A stretch of 64,000 nt of DNA, from IMG/VR virus record IMGVR_UViG_3300020473_000023, positions 42,285 through 106,284 of that record; one strand, written 5' to 3'. Positions 45,609 to 54,450 of the stretch are shown here, piece after piece; positions within the stretch are counted from its first letter, which is position 1; every line of letters starts with the position of its first letter. The translations under genes and the position numbers were made by a program. This DNA comes from a virus. Under the pieces are notes generated by a model that saw nothing but the letters and a program-made list of their open reading frames with translations, was not told the origin of the DNA and ran no database searches.

Positions 45609-47018
45609 CTAACTATTACTGTTAATCTCCTTCCACTTATTCTTCAGTATGGTTTTCATGTCATTATTATCTGACCTTAAAGCCTCGCTCAGTGTCATTT
45701 CATCGTCATTGTCGACAACAAGGATTTTTGACCTAGCAGTGTCCATCCTCATTGGAAATAAAACACCGTCTCTTCCTGCTCTATTTTTTGCAATAAATAT
45801 TCTACCAAGGCCGCTGGACTTTTCTGTCGGCTTTCTAGAAAGTGAAACCACAACATCGGCAACCATCGCTTTTCCATATGCTTCTGACATATTTTCAAGA
45901 CCAACAATGTCTGAATTAGCAGAATCTCTATTGGCTTGAGAAGCGGTCCAGACAGGAATATTCATATCCATTGCTAGATTTCTTAATTCTTCATAGATCA
46001 GCTTGAGTTCATGCCTAAGCGAATCATACTTCCTAGAAGATCTCATGATATCAGCGTAATCAATTACAATTAAGCTTGGAACGAATCCCTTTAAGGATAG
46101 CTTTTCCATGTGGTTCCTAATCATCATTACTGTAGCTGATCCTGTCGGATATTCCTTAATAATCAGTCTTCCAAGATCCATATCATTATACTTCTTAAGT
46201 ACTTCATCCTTTCTATCAATAACTTCATTGCTTGGAATGTCACAAAAATTAGAATCGTATCTTAAGCCGACAGCAGTTTCTGAAAGTTCGAAAGTGTAGT
46301 GAACGACATTCTTTCCACGCCTTAAAGCTTCAGCACCCACACTAACGAGGAAGTGACTCTTTCCGACACCCGTATTGGCTGTCACAACTCCAATCTCACC
46401 TCGACCAAGTCCGCCGTTTAATATGTCTTTCTTATCAAGCTGAGGGATTCCAGTAGGGCATGCACATCTACTAATGTGAACAAACCGAGCTTCAGCGTCT
46501 TCCATAAAGTCATGGCCAATTGAAGCGGGCATTCCTACAGATAGTGCGTGTCTCATAAGATCCATCACAGACTCTAGCTTACCACCTGAAATTCTTTCAA
46601 CTGCCTCTTCCAGGGCTTCTTTCATTGCTTGCTGCTTACAGAAATCAAGCGTCTTTTCTTTGACAAACTTAAGATCCCCCACATCAGGGTTCATCCTAAT
46701 TCTATGCAAGAATTCAACTATTTGATCTCTAAGAATTATGTCCTTTCCCTCTCTTAGATCGTCACGAACTATCGTGATCAAGAGAGGGAGTGTGGGAAAG
46801 TCCTTGTACTTAAGATAGTAAGAAAAGTACTTGTCTGAGAGATATCTCAAATACTTTAAATCAAAGTACGTCGGAGTCATAACCTCCGACATCTGTGTAG
46901 ACCAATTCTTGTCAGTGATTAGGCACTGAAAGATTTTCTCCTGAAAGGACTTGCCATATTGCTTAAAGTGTGCAGTCCCTTCAGAAGCATACTCATTTAT
47001 CATTACTACGTTTTCCAA
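45609..47018 (-). CDS. dnaB: DnaB/gp41-like replicative helicase
   Basis: ANTGVGKS Walker A, TFEL, IDYAD, WTASQANR, AKNRAG. Confidence 0.92.
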   Translation of the reverse strand: MENVVMINEYASEGTAHFKQYGKSFQEKIFQCLITDKNWSTQMSEVMTPTYFDLKYLRYLSDKYFSYYLKYKDFPTLPLLITIVRDDLREGKDIILRDQIVEFLHRIRMNPDVGDLKFVKEKTLDFCKQQAMKEALEEAVERISGGKLESVMDLMRHALSVGMPASIGHDFMEDAEARFVHISRCACPTGIPQLDKKDILNGGLGRGEIGVVTANTGVGKSHFLVSVGAEALRRGKNVVHYTFELSETAVGLRYDSNFCDIPSNEVIDRKDEVLKKYNDMDLGRLIIKEYPTGSATVMMIRNHMEKLSLKGFVPSLIVIDYADIMRSSRKYDSLRHELKLIYEELRNLAMDMNIPVWTASQANRDSANSDIVGLENMSEAYGKAMVADVVVSLSRKPTEKSSGLGRIFIAKNRAGRDGVLFPMRMDTARSKILVVDNDDEMTLSEALRSDNNDMKTILKNKWKEINSNS

Positions 47019-47970
47019 TGTTCCTCATTGATAGAAAAAGGTGATCGATGTCAAGATTTTGAATTCCATTCTTTATCATCATCCTGATTAGTGATATTTT
47101 ATTTGGTGCGGGGCTAAAAGTATCAATTGAACTTTCAATCTTTTTAATTTGTTCGGGAGATAGGTTTGAAGTATCTAAGTAAGTCAATTTCCAGTTGGTT
47201 CTAATTAGGTTCTCACTATCAGCTATTTCTTTAAAAATCTTAGGTGATCTCTTCTCTTGGGCTCTTTCTTTAGCCTCTGATATTATGTCTAATATTGTGC
47301 AGTCGTCCTCTGATGATAGCACTGGAAATCTTTTTGATATGGTCTTAAACCCAGCCCCCTTTACACCCTTTATATTGTCAGAGGGATCGCCGCATATGGA
47401 TTTTGCTAAGCAAAAATTATTTGGGCTTATTCCAAACTTTCCTACAACCTCTCTCTTGTTGACAAATTTTTTCCATGTAGGAGAGTAAATGACTGTCTTG
47501 TCATCTAGAAGCTGGTAGTAATCTCTATCAGAAGAGATAATCACCTTTTTATCATTTCTAAATTTGTACCTAGAAAGATATCCTATAACATCATCTGCCT
47601 CACAGCTGTCAACATAAACTTGAATTACAGGTAGCTTTTTTAATGAACTTATCAAGAAAGAAACTTGATCATTTCTATTCTCAATTGTGTTGGGAATATC
47701 TTCATCTTCATAAAATCGATTTAGCTTTTGAGGCCTTCTTCTCATCTTATAGGCAGGAAGAACATCCCTTCTCTTTTTAGACCCGCCACCTTCCCATACT
47801 ACGACAACAGACGTGGGAGACATTTCAAGACATATCTTTTTTAGGCCGTTTAAAAATCCAACTATGCCCCCTACGTGGTAGCCTTGATCGCTCATTGCTG
47901 GATGAGCAACATAGTGACGCATAAAAAGATTAAATGCATCAACTAAGACTACAGGTCTTATCTTGTTCAA
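46993..47970 (-). CDS. 5'-3' flap exonuclease (T4 RNase H / Pol I N-terminal type)
   Basis: VDAFNL, YK..R, EADDVI, SSDRDY.QL, GDPSDNIKGVKGAG. Confidence 0.92.
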   Translation of the reverse strand: MNKIRPVVLVDAFNLFMRHYVAHPAMSDQGYHVGGIVGFLNGLKKICLEMSPTSVVVVWEGGGSKKRRDVLPAYKMRRRPQKLNRFYEDEDIPNTIENRNDQVSFLISSLKKLPVIQVYVDSCEADDVIGYLSRYKFRNDKKVIISSDRDYYQLLDDKTVIYSPTWKKFVNKREVVGKFGISPNNFCLAKSICGDPSDNIKGVKGAGFKTISKRFPVLSSEDDCTILDIISEAKERAQEKRSPKIFKEIADSENLIRTNWKLTYLDTSNLSPEQIKKIESSIDTFSPAPNKISLIRMMIKNGIQNLDIDHLFLSMRNIGKRSNDK

Positions 47971-47976
47971 TTGATC

Positions 47977-49128
47977 TCACTCGATCTCAAGGGCTATAGA
48001 TCTTACTTCCTCATATGACTCAATATCAATATCGGGATCTTCACTAAACTTCTTAACCATTGCTGCTTCTAAAAGATCATCAATATATTTTGAGTATTCT
48101 GGATCTTTTAATATCTCATCAAATTTTGGCTTATGAAACTTCTTTTCAATCATCACTTCCCCTGTTTTAACATTGGTTACAGTAAAACACTTCCATGCAC
48201 CTGTTCCAGAAATCGTGACTTCATTCCCGTTAATAACTTCTGGACCATGCTTTCTTAGAATATCAAATACCTGCTCATGCTCTTTGATTCCAACGCCGAA
48301 GTGAATTTCAAAATTAATCTTTCTGAAGGGTGGGGCAACCTTATTTTTAATAGTCTTAGCAGAGACGTGAATTCCTATAACATCGTCTCCGTCCTTAATT
48401 TGCTGACCCGCACCTAGCTTTATTCTGGTAGACGAGTGAAATGGAATTGCCTTTCCGCCGGGAGTAGTGTCTGGATCTCCATACATGACACCAATCTTGG
48501 TTCGGATCTGATTGAGAATTACAAATAATACATTTTGATTTGCAATGACACCAGTAATCTTACGCATTCCCTTAGAGATGGCTCGTGCTTGGAGCCCGAT
48601 CGACTCTTTGTCGTAATCTCCGAGAAGTTCTGCCTTTGGAGAAGAAGCAGCAACAGAGTCCCATACAATCGTTACAGGGATGTTTTTATCCATCGCCTTT
48701 GCCTTCATAATTGTCGCCTCAGCGATTGAGAGAACCTCCTCTGTGCAATGTGTATCAACATACACAAACCGCTTGGCCACGTCTACTCCAAGCATCTTTA
48801 AATTCTCAACAGACGTAGCGTTCTCTGTGTCAATATACACAACAATGCCTCCCATTCGCTGAGTCGTTCTTGCAATCTGTGTTGCAATGTGGGACTTTCC
48901 AATAGAAGGAGGCCCAAATACCTCTACAATTCTACCCTCTGGAAGGCCTCCATCCCGCCTATTTGAACAGATGTAGTCAAGAAGCTTTGATCCTGTGCTA
49001 ATCCATCGATTAACATGAGTAGGAGATTCATCTTGGCTCAGGTTATATGCTACACGGCTCCCATGCTCCTTATTAAGAGACTTAATTAATTCACTAGTAA
49101 AATCAGCTGTCTTTGGCAAACTATCCAC
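47977..49128 (-). CDS. recA: RecA recombinase
   Basis: ISTGS, GRIVEVFGPPSIGKS, IDTE, DSVA, GLQAR, NQIR.KIGVMYG, TPGGKA. Confidence 0.95.
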   Translation of the reverse strand: MDSLPKTADFTSELIKSLNKEHGSRVAYNLSQDESPTHVNRWISTGSKLLDYICSNRRDGGLPEGRIVEVFGPPSIGKSHIATQIARTTQRMGGIVVYIDTENATSVENLKMLGVDVAKRFVYVDTHCTEEVLSIAEATIMKAKAMDKNIPVTIVWDSVAASSPKAELLGDYDKESIGLQARAISKGMRKITGVIANQNVLFVILNQIRTKIGVMYGDPDTTPGGKAIPFHSSTRIKLGAGQQIKDGDDVIGIHVSAKTIKNKVAPPFRKINFEIHFGVGIKEHEQVFDILRKHGPEVINGNEVTISGTGAWKCFTVTNVKTGEVMIEKKFHKPKFDEILKDPEYSKYIDDLLEAAMVKKFSEDPDIDIESYEEVRSIALEIE

Positions 49129-49139
49129 CCTTCATATCT

Positions 49140-49171
49140 AAAAAAGAGTGAGGGAGGGGAAACTCCCTCAC
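49140..49171 (-). terminator. rho-independent terminator after ssb
   Basis: 9-bp stem GTGAGGGAG/CTCCCTCAC followed on minus by TCTTTTTT. Confidence 0.85.
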
Positions 49172-49182
49172 CCAATATTCAA

Positions 49183-49974
49183 CTATTCCATCAAATCTGC
49201 AAAAGCATCATCAAGAGACTTATAGCCAGACCCATCAGAGGTAGAGCTTGTACTTTCAGATGTGCTGGTTCCAGTATTTGAAGATCCGCCCATGGAGGTC
49301 CCCATAGAGTCATCATCTGTATCTGAGTTTAGCCAGTCATTGATGATCTTGGTAAGCTCGTCATGCGACTTGCACTCGTACATCTTAGTAGGGTCTGGAA
49401 TATCTGACATCCACTCAGAAGCCTGAGACTTGTTTGTAGAAAGAGCAGTCTCCTTTCCTCGGGGTCGAACTGTAGTTGTTGCCCACTTTCTTCCCGCTTC
49501 TCGAGTGCAAGTAACCTTGACGTCTCTTCCTTCAAGTGGGTCTGTAATATCTCCATAATCCTCATCAAGCATAATGTTAAGAAGGGACTGATAAACCATC
49601 TTTCCAAATCCCCAGATCTGGACGCCTTTTTCCTCTTCTCCTCGAACAATGATGGGTGCATAAACGCGCATCTTTGGATAGAGCTTCTTGGCTAGCTCGT
49701 ATGATTCACGGGCGTCATCCCCTCGAAGCTTTGTAATCAAATCCTGGATAGGGTCTGGATCTCCGAACTGATAGGGGGCCAGAAGGCCGGGATTGTTTCC
49801 AATATTATAGTAAAACCACAGCTCCTTAAAGGGCTGTCCGTCATTATCTGGAAAAGAAATAAGCCTAATTGTGGAGTCTTCACCCTCAGTAGGTCTCCAA
49901 GTTGAAGACTTCTTCCTTCTATTTCCACTTAGTGCATCGAGCCTTCGCTGTAATGCCTCTCTGTCAAATGCCAT
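49183..49974 (-). CDS. T4 gp32-like single-stranded DNA-binding protein
   Basis: WRP...IRLI, DPI, W.FGK.VY, YGDITDP.EGRD; acidic C-terminal LDDAFADLME. Confidence 0.85.
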   Translation of the reverse strand: MAFDREALQRRLDALSGNRRKKSSTWRPTEGEDSTIRLISFPDNDGQPFKELWFYYNIGNNPGLLAPYQFGDPDPIQDLITKLRGDDARESYELAKKLYPKMRVYAPIIVRGEEEKGVQIWGFGKMVYQSLLNIMLDEDYGDITDPLEGRDVKVTCTREAGRKWATTTVRPRGKETALSTNKSQASEWMSDIPDPTKMYECKSHDELTKIINDWLNSDTDDDSMGTSMGGSSNTGTSTSESTSSTSDGSGYKSLDDAFADLME

Positions 49975-50044
49975 GTTAACCTCCTAGATTTTTAAACTGG
50001 TAAATTGGCAATATATTTTTGTGATATAATGATATCACAATTTA

Positions 50045-50072
50045 AACATACAGTCAAAAAATAGGTTGTTCA
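50045..50072 (-). promoter_or_regulatory. putative promoter for ssb
   Basis: TGAACA-N16-TATGTT, followed by a 9-bp inverted repeat at 50019-50040. Confidence 0.5.
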
Positions 50073-50076
50073 ACAA

Positions 50077-51879
50077 TTAATAGCTTTTTACCGGATAGGT
50101 CATCCAAGCCTTAGATCTCTTACCGCCTCCGAAGCCTCTCTCATTTGCATAGATCGACCTTTCTCGAGCTTGATGGTCGTGATCTATTCCTGCATCAGGG
50201 CCAGTTCCAAGGGGAGTTACAGGTCCACCTCCACCTGCTGCTGCACCGCTTGCCTCTTCTACCTCATCGTCATCTTTTTTTTTTAATTTCTTTGAATCAT
50301 CTTTTGCATCAAGAATTTTCTTCGCCTCCTCGCGAATAATTCTTCTAAGCGCCTGCTCCTCAAGACTTCCGGGAATTGTCCTCACGGGCCTGGCAGAATA
50401 AGCCGAATAGCCGTCGTCTCCCTTGTAGGAGACAATATATTCATCTGATATATCTTCTCTCTCTTCTTGCTCTTCAGAAGATATGTACTCTTGACCATAA
50501 GGTAGGACGTCACTAGGAAGATATCCTGGACCGCCGTGTCTGCTTGGAAGCTCTTCTGTAACCTCTTCTTCCTTTGCTTCTCTAATCATCTCTCTGATAA
50601 AAGTTCTCAATGTTGATTCTGACATTCCTAAATTCCTCATTATCATATTATATCTATTCTCAAGAAGCTGAAACCTTGCTTCTGAAATTGGGCAAGCACA
50701 CCCCTCTGCCTCCGGAAAGCTCACCTCATCACCTGGCATCACCGGGACAGCCGGCTCTATGCCTCCTTCAGCATCAGGATTGTCTGCTTCTAGATCGGGC
50801 TCATCTTCCTCTATTTCTGCCCTTGCTTCATCAGAAATCGGCAACTCTTCAACGATACAAAGTGAAGTATCTCCATCCAGTGCAGTGTATAGAGAGCCTA
50901 GCCTTGAAAGTGAAAGAGAGGGCATTTGCCTAACAGCAGAAAAAACCGGACCAAACCCAGACTCTAGTCGACTCATCGCCTCTCCAAACTTTGGAGAGAC
51001 TGATTCAATATTCTGTGACACCTCTAATGCTCCAGAAAGCATCTGTGCTAATCTTGAAGATAGGCTAAATATAAGACGCTCTATTGGAAGTGTTCGAACA
51101 AAAAATCCAGAAAGTCCTGAGATGAAATTCACTGCAGGAAGAGTTGCGGGTTCATCGCCGGGTATGGGAATTGCAACTAGTGCAAATACGGAGTCGTATG
51201 CTTGAACTATTGTTACAATTGCATCTTTAAGGGCAGTTAGGAATTCTCTAAAGCGAGATCTTGACTCGAGTCTGATTGCTGGATCCAGGTTGCAAATATT
51301 CTGAATTATCTGGATCATCGGTCCATCTGACGGCTCTATCAATGATGATGAAAGGATTTCTGGATCGACACCTATTAAATCACACATCTCTTCAATGGCA
51401 ACTCTTCCAGCCTCTGCCTCCCTATCTAGAATCATCTTTCCAAGAAGGAGGTCAACGCCTGGAACCGAAAGCCCGAGGCTTTTTGCTGCATCTTCGACAA
51501 ATCCTGGTAAAAATCCCTCCTTCAGCGGGTTAAGTTTTTCCTGTCTTCGTCTAGGTCTCATTCCCAGTGAATAGAGAGGGAGCTTTCCTGTCCTTAAAAA
51601 GAAATCATCATCTTCAAAGTCTTCATCGTCAACCTGGGTTGGAAACATCGGTTCTGCACATGAATCGTCTTCAAACCCCCTGTTGACTCTTCCAATCCCA
51701 TCGATAGAAGAAAATCCACTATCAGCGCTCATTGAAGGTTGACCTGATGATCCTGTATATTTGTATCTTCGAGGTCTTCCAAGATATTGAGATCCGTCAG
51801 ATGTAGCAGAGGGTCCTGATGGAACCTTTATTCCGTGACTAGAATAGTACCCAGTCTTACTCTCGCCATTATCTTTCAC
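50077..51879 (-). CDS. hypothetical protein, probable virion protein
   Basis: 600 aa; SESTLRTFIREMI and EEQALRRIIREE motifs; ATATTTAT immediately upstream. Confidence 0.75.
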   Translation of the reverse strand: MKDNGESKTGYYSSHGIKVPSGPSATSDGSQYLGRPRRYKYTGSSGQPSMSADSGFSSIDGIGRVNRGFEDDSCAEPMFPTQVDDEDFEDDDFFLRTGKLPLYSLGMRPRRRQEKLNPLKEGFLPGFVEDAAKSLGLSVPGVDLLLGKMILDREAEAGRVAIEEMCDLIGVDPEILSSSLIEPSDGPMIQIIQNICNLDPAIRLESRSRFREFLTALKDAIVTIVQAYDSVFALVAIPIPGDEPATLPAVNFISGLSGFFVRTLPIERLIFSLSSRLAQMLSGALEVSQNIESVSPKFGEAMSRLESGFGPVFSAVRQMPSLSLSRLGSLYTALDGDTSLCIVEELPISDEARAEIEEDEPDLEADNPDAEGGIEPAVPVMPGDEVSFPEAEGCACPISEARFQLLENRYNMIMRNLGMSESTLRTFIREMIREAKEEEVTEELPSRHGGPGYLPSDVLPYGQEYISSEEQEEREDISDEYIVSYKGDDGYSAYSARPVRTIPGSLEEQALRRIIREEAKKILDAKDDSKKLKKKDDDEVEEASGAAAGGGGPVTPLGTGPDAGIDHDHQARERSIYANERGFGGGKRSKAWMTYPVKSY

Positions 51880-51883
51880 ATAG

Positions 51884-51891
51884 ATAAATAT
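51884..51891 (-). promoter_or_regulatory. putative late promoter
   Basis: ATATTTAT. Confidence 0.5.
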
Positions 51892-51900
51892 TCACAGCAA

Positions 51901-52494
51901 CTAGCTATTGCTAGTCTTGGATTTGTGAATTACCATAGCTTTAGCACTTTGCAAAGCAAGGGCAAGAGTGGGCTCGTGTCCCACATAGAACCTATTTTCT
52001 TCAAAATGACTTCCAGAAGCTATTTGAATAGCAATCCATTCTTCGGGCTCTAGTGTAATCCCAAACTGCTGTATCAGACAGAGTGATCTGTGAGAGACTG
52101 ACATTCTACTTAGATTTTCGTTAAATTTAAACATCTGGCCAAGCTTCTCTCTATGCCAGTCTGAATCTTGCAAGATAAAATAGTCTTGATCTGTGGAGCC
52201 TACTTTTCCAATATCATGAAGCAACCCGACCCTAAGAATTGAAGAAGTTGACAGCCCAAGATCATGAGACTCGTTTATCTTTCTCATCGTAGAAGTAACG
52301 TCGAGAGAGTGCTGAATCAACCCTCCGGGAAAGGCTGAATACTGATCAAGTCTTGAGCTAGCTGGGCAGGTAGAAAGTCTTTCTCCCAGAGATTCTAGCA
52401 TGTGATTTAAATTATGATCAGAAAGCCTTCCGCAAAGCTTTTCAAACACACTCCAATTATTTTCAATATTCTCTATAGATGGATTCATAGTCAC
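51901..52494 (-). CDS. HD-domain phosphohydrolase (YhaM-like HD domain)
   Basis: CPAS, GGLIQHS, LLHDIGK. Confidence 0.8.
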   Translation of the reverse strand: MTMNPSIENIENNWSVFEKLCGRLSDHNLNHMLESLGERLSTCPASSRLDQYSAFPGGLIQHSLDVTSTMRKINESHDLGLSTSSILRVGLLHDIGKVGSTDQDYFILQDSDWHREKLGQMFKFNENLSRMSVSHRSLCLIQQFGITLEPEEWIAIQIASGSHFEENRFYVGHEPTLALALQSAKAMVIHKSKTSNS

Positions 52495-52504
52495 CTCTTA
52501 TAGA

Positions 52505-52532
52505 ATTATATTTTAGCAGACAGCAGTGTACA
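52505..52532 (-). promoter_or_regulatory. putative early/middle promoter
   Basis: TGTACA-N16-TATAAT. Confidence 0.7.
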
Positions 52533-53153
52533 CTAAAGTCTTACTATCATCATCAGTGATTTTTGTGCCCTGTCTTTAAAGCCGCATGGGTTGATTGCGT
52601 ATCTTTCAGCCGGGTTTATCTTATTGTCAAGTAAGTTTCTTAGGGCACATGCTATTTGCTGATCAGTTGCAATTCTTTTTTCAGGTTTTTGAAGATAGAC
52701 AGCAATCTCACCTCGGCGGATGTCTGTTTCAATCTTTTCAATATCGTTTCTTAGTGGGTGAGATCCACCTGAGACGAGGGAGCTAAGCTGGCCTCCGACA
52801 GATTGGACAGACAGTTGAGACTTTTTAAGAGGCTTTGGTTCTTCTGGAACTTGTAGGGCTTTCAGCTTTCTCTTTTTTGAAACGGGCTTTCTTAGACTTT
52901 GATCAGGATTTGCCTCTATATTATACAGACGCATCAGCCAGTAAGCTGAATCAGGGCTAATTTCATTAAATGACTGACCTTTTGAAAGAATTAATTTACC
53001 CTTTTTAGGCTCGAAAAGATCACTAGAAATAGGCTCATCAGGAGAACCTATGATCTTCTGAATGATGTACCCAAATTGGCCTACATTTCTAATATTTAAA
53101 ATTTCAATCTCCTCTCTTATGATCCGAGAAAGATTTTTTCTGCTTATCTTCAT
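52533..53153 (-). CDS. hypothetical protein, probable virion protein
   Basis: start MKISRKNLSRIIREEI after GAGGGG; ATACTTAT upstream. Confidence 0.7.
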   Translation of the reverse strand: MKISRKNLSRIIREEIEILNIRNVGQFGYIIQKIIGSPDEPISSDLFEPKKGKLILSKGQSFNEISPDSAYWLMRLYNIEANPDQSLRKPVSKKRKLKALQVPEEPKPLKKSQLSVQSVGGQLSSLVSGGSHPLRNDIEKIETDIRRGEIAVYLQKPEKRIATDQQIACALRNLLDNKINPAERYAINPCGFKDRAQKSLMMIVRL

Positions 53154-53183
53154 TACGCCCCTCATAGGATAAGTATTTCGAAA

Positions 53184-54395
53184 CTATGCTATGATCTCAG
53201 TCGCAACGGGGAAAGATCCATCAATTCCCGGGATAGAGAGTGGGTTTGAGATAATCTTTAAAAATTCTCTCATGCTTGAATCTGGAACATCAACAATTAC
53301 AGCATCGTGAATAACGAAGACAGGATCTATATCTAGCCCCCGGTCTGAAAAGTCATCCATTAGTTTTGAAAAACCTAAAAGTGCCCCATCAGCTGCAGTT
53401 GACTGAATAAATCTATTTACTAAAATATGTTTGGGAGCATTTTCAACTGATAGTTGTCGACCATAGTGATTTTTAACTGTCTGATCTTTCTCTGCTTCTT
53501 TTTTTAATCTTCCCTCGAGGGCACTTATTTTAAAATATTTTCTAATTTTTTCAAGAATCTTTTTTGCCTCCGATGGCTCACAATCTCCAATAAGCTTTGC
53601 GAGTTTTCTAGGAGACATCCCATATAGAGAGCTGATGGTTGCAATCTTTGCAACATCCCTGTTGACTGAGGACTCTAGGGCGTTGGATCTTACTATTTCA
53701 TAGACATCACTGCAAGTATTATTTCCTGAGATAGAGAGTGCTATTCTAGGCTCAAGTGAAACAAAATCAATCTGAACAAGCTTAGACTTCTTCCGGGCAG
53801 ATCTAAGAAGAGATCTTCTATCTTTTCTCAAGGTTAGAATTGAGGGTCCGGACGTAATGGTGAGCCTTCCGCTGCAAGATGAAATCTGGCTATACGTCGT
53901 AGCGGGAAGAAGTCCACTATCCAGCGGAATGAAAGTTTTTAGTGCCCCAGTTCTTTCATCTTCACTATTGATTATCCTGTAGAGCTCTTTCTTATTAATT
54001 GAGCACTGCACTAGACCCTGCAGGAACTGCCGTATTGTCACGAACTCTTTTGCATGATAGGAATCACCATACGTCTCAAGAAGATCGCTAGACTGTCTTA
54101 TAAGCCGCTTCAAGTAAGCTTGAAAGTCAGCCCCCTTAAGTGCGTAACGAAGTGGCACATCTTTTATCCCACTTTCTCTCAATGCAGACCACATTGTCAC
54201 ATGCGATTCGCCCGGAGTTGTTTGAAGTGTTGAGTCTGTGGCAGCAGCAAGCAAGTCTAGGCTTCTACTATATTTTTCAGAAAACCCACAGACCCAAGCA
54301 CCATCCGGAACACTATCTGACCACCTGAACATCTGATCTTCACTGACTAGGTGCAAGTCACTTCCGATCAATCTTTTATTAATGCATATAGCCAC
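53184..54395 (-). CDS. polA: family A DNA polymerase, polymerase domain only
   Basis: SGRL, motif A DFVSLEPR, motif B RDVAK...YG, YGR, N..IQSTAAD, motif C IHDA. Confidence 0.85.
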   Translation of the reverse strand: MAICINKRLIGSDLHLVSEDQMFRWSDSVPDGAWVCGFSEKYSRSLDLLAAATDSTLQTTPGESHVTMWSALRESGIKDVPLRYALKGADFQAYLKRLIRQSSDLLETYGDSYHAKEFVTIRQFLQGLVQCSINKKELYRIINSEDERTGALKTFIPLDSGLLPATTYSQISSCSGRLTITSGPSILTLRKDRRSLLRSARKKSKLVQIDFVSLEPRIALSISGNNTCSDVYEIVRSNALESSVNRDVAKIATISSLYGMSPRKLAKLIGDCEPSEAKKILEKIRKYFKISALEGRLKKEAEKDQTVKNHYGRQLSVENAPKHILVNRFIQSTAADGALLGFSKLMDDFSDRGLDIDPVFVIHDAVIVDVPDSSMREFLKIISNPLSIPGIDGSFPVATEIIA

Positions 54396-54401
54396 AATAT
54401 T

Positions 54402-54429
54402 ATTTTAAATAAATGTCAGCATGTGTACA
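54402..54429 (-). promoter_or_regulatory. putative early/middle promoter for polA-like gene
   Basis: TGTACA-N16-TAAAAT. Confidence 0.6.
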
Positions 54430-54450
54430 CATTTTAGATTGCAGTGCCTA

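Noticed and set aside
19285-49128. Inteins or introns in dnaE, nrdJ, helicase or recA
   Set aside because: Lengths are normal, motifs are contiguous, and no C...HN splice or LAGLIDADG motifs were seen
50275-50284. A10 run in the 600 aa gene as a slippage site
   Set aside because: The frame stays open through it (KKLKKKDDD), so no recoding is needed
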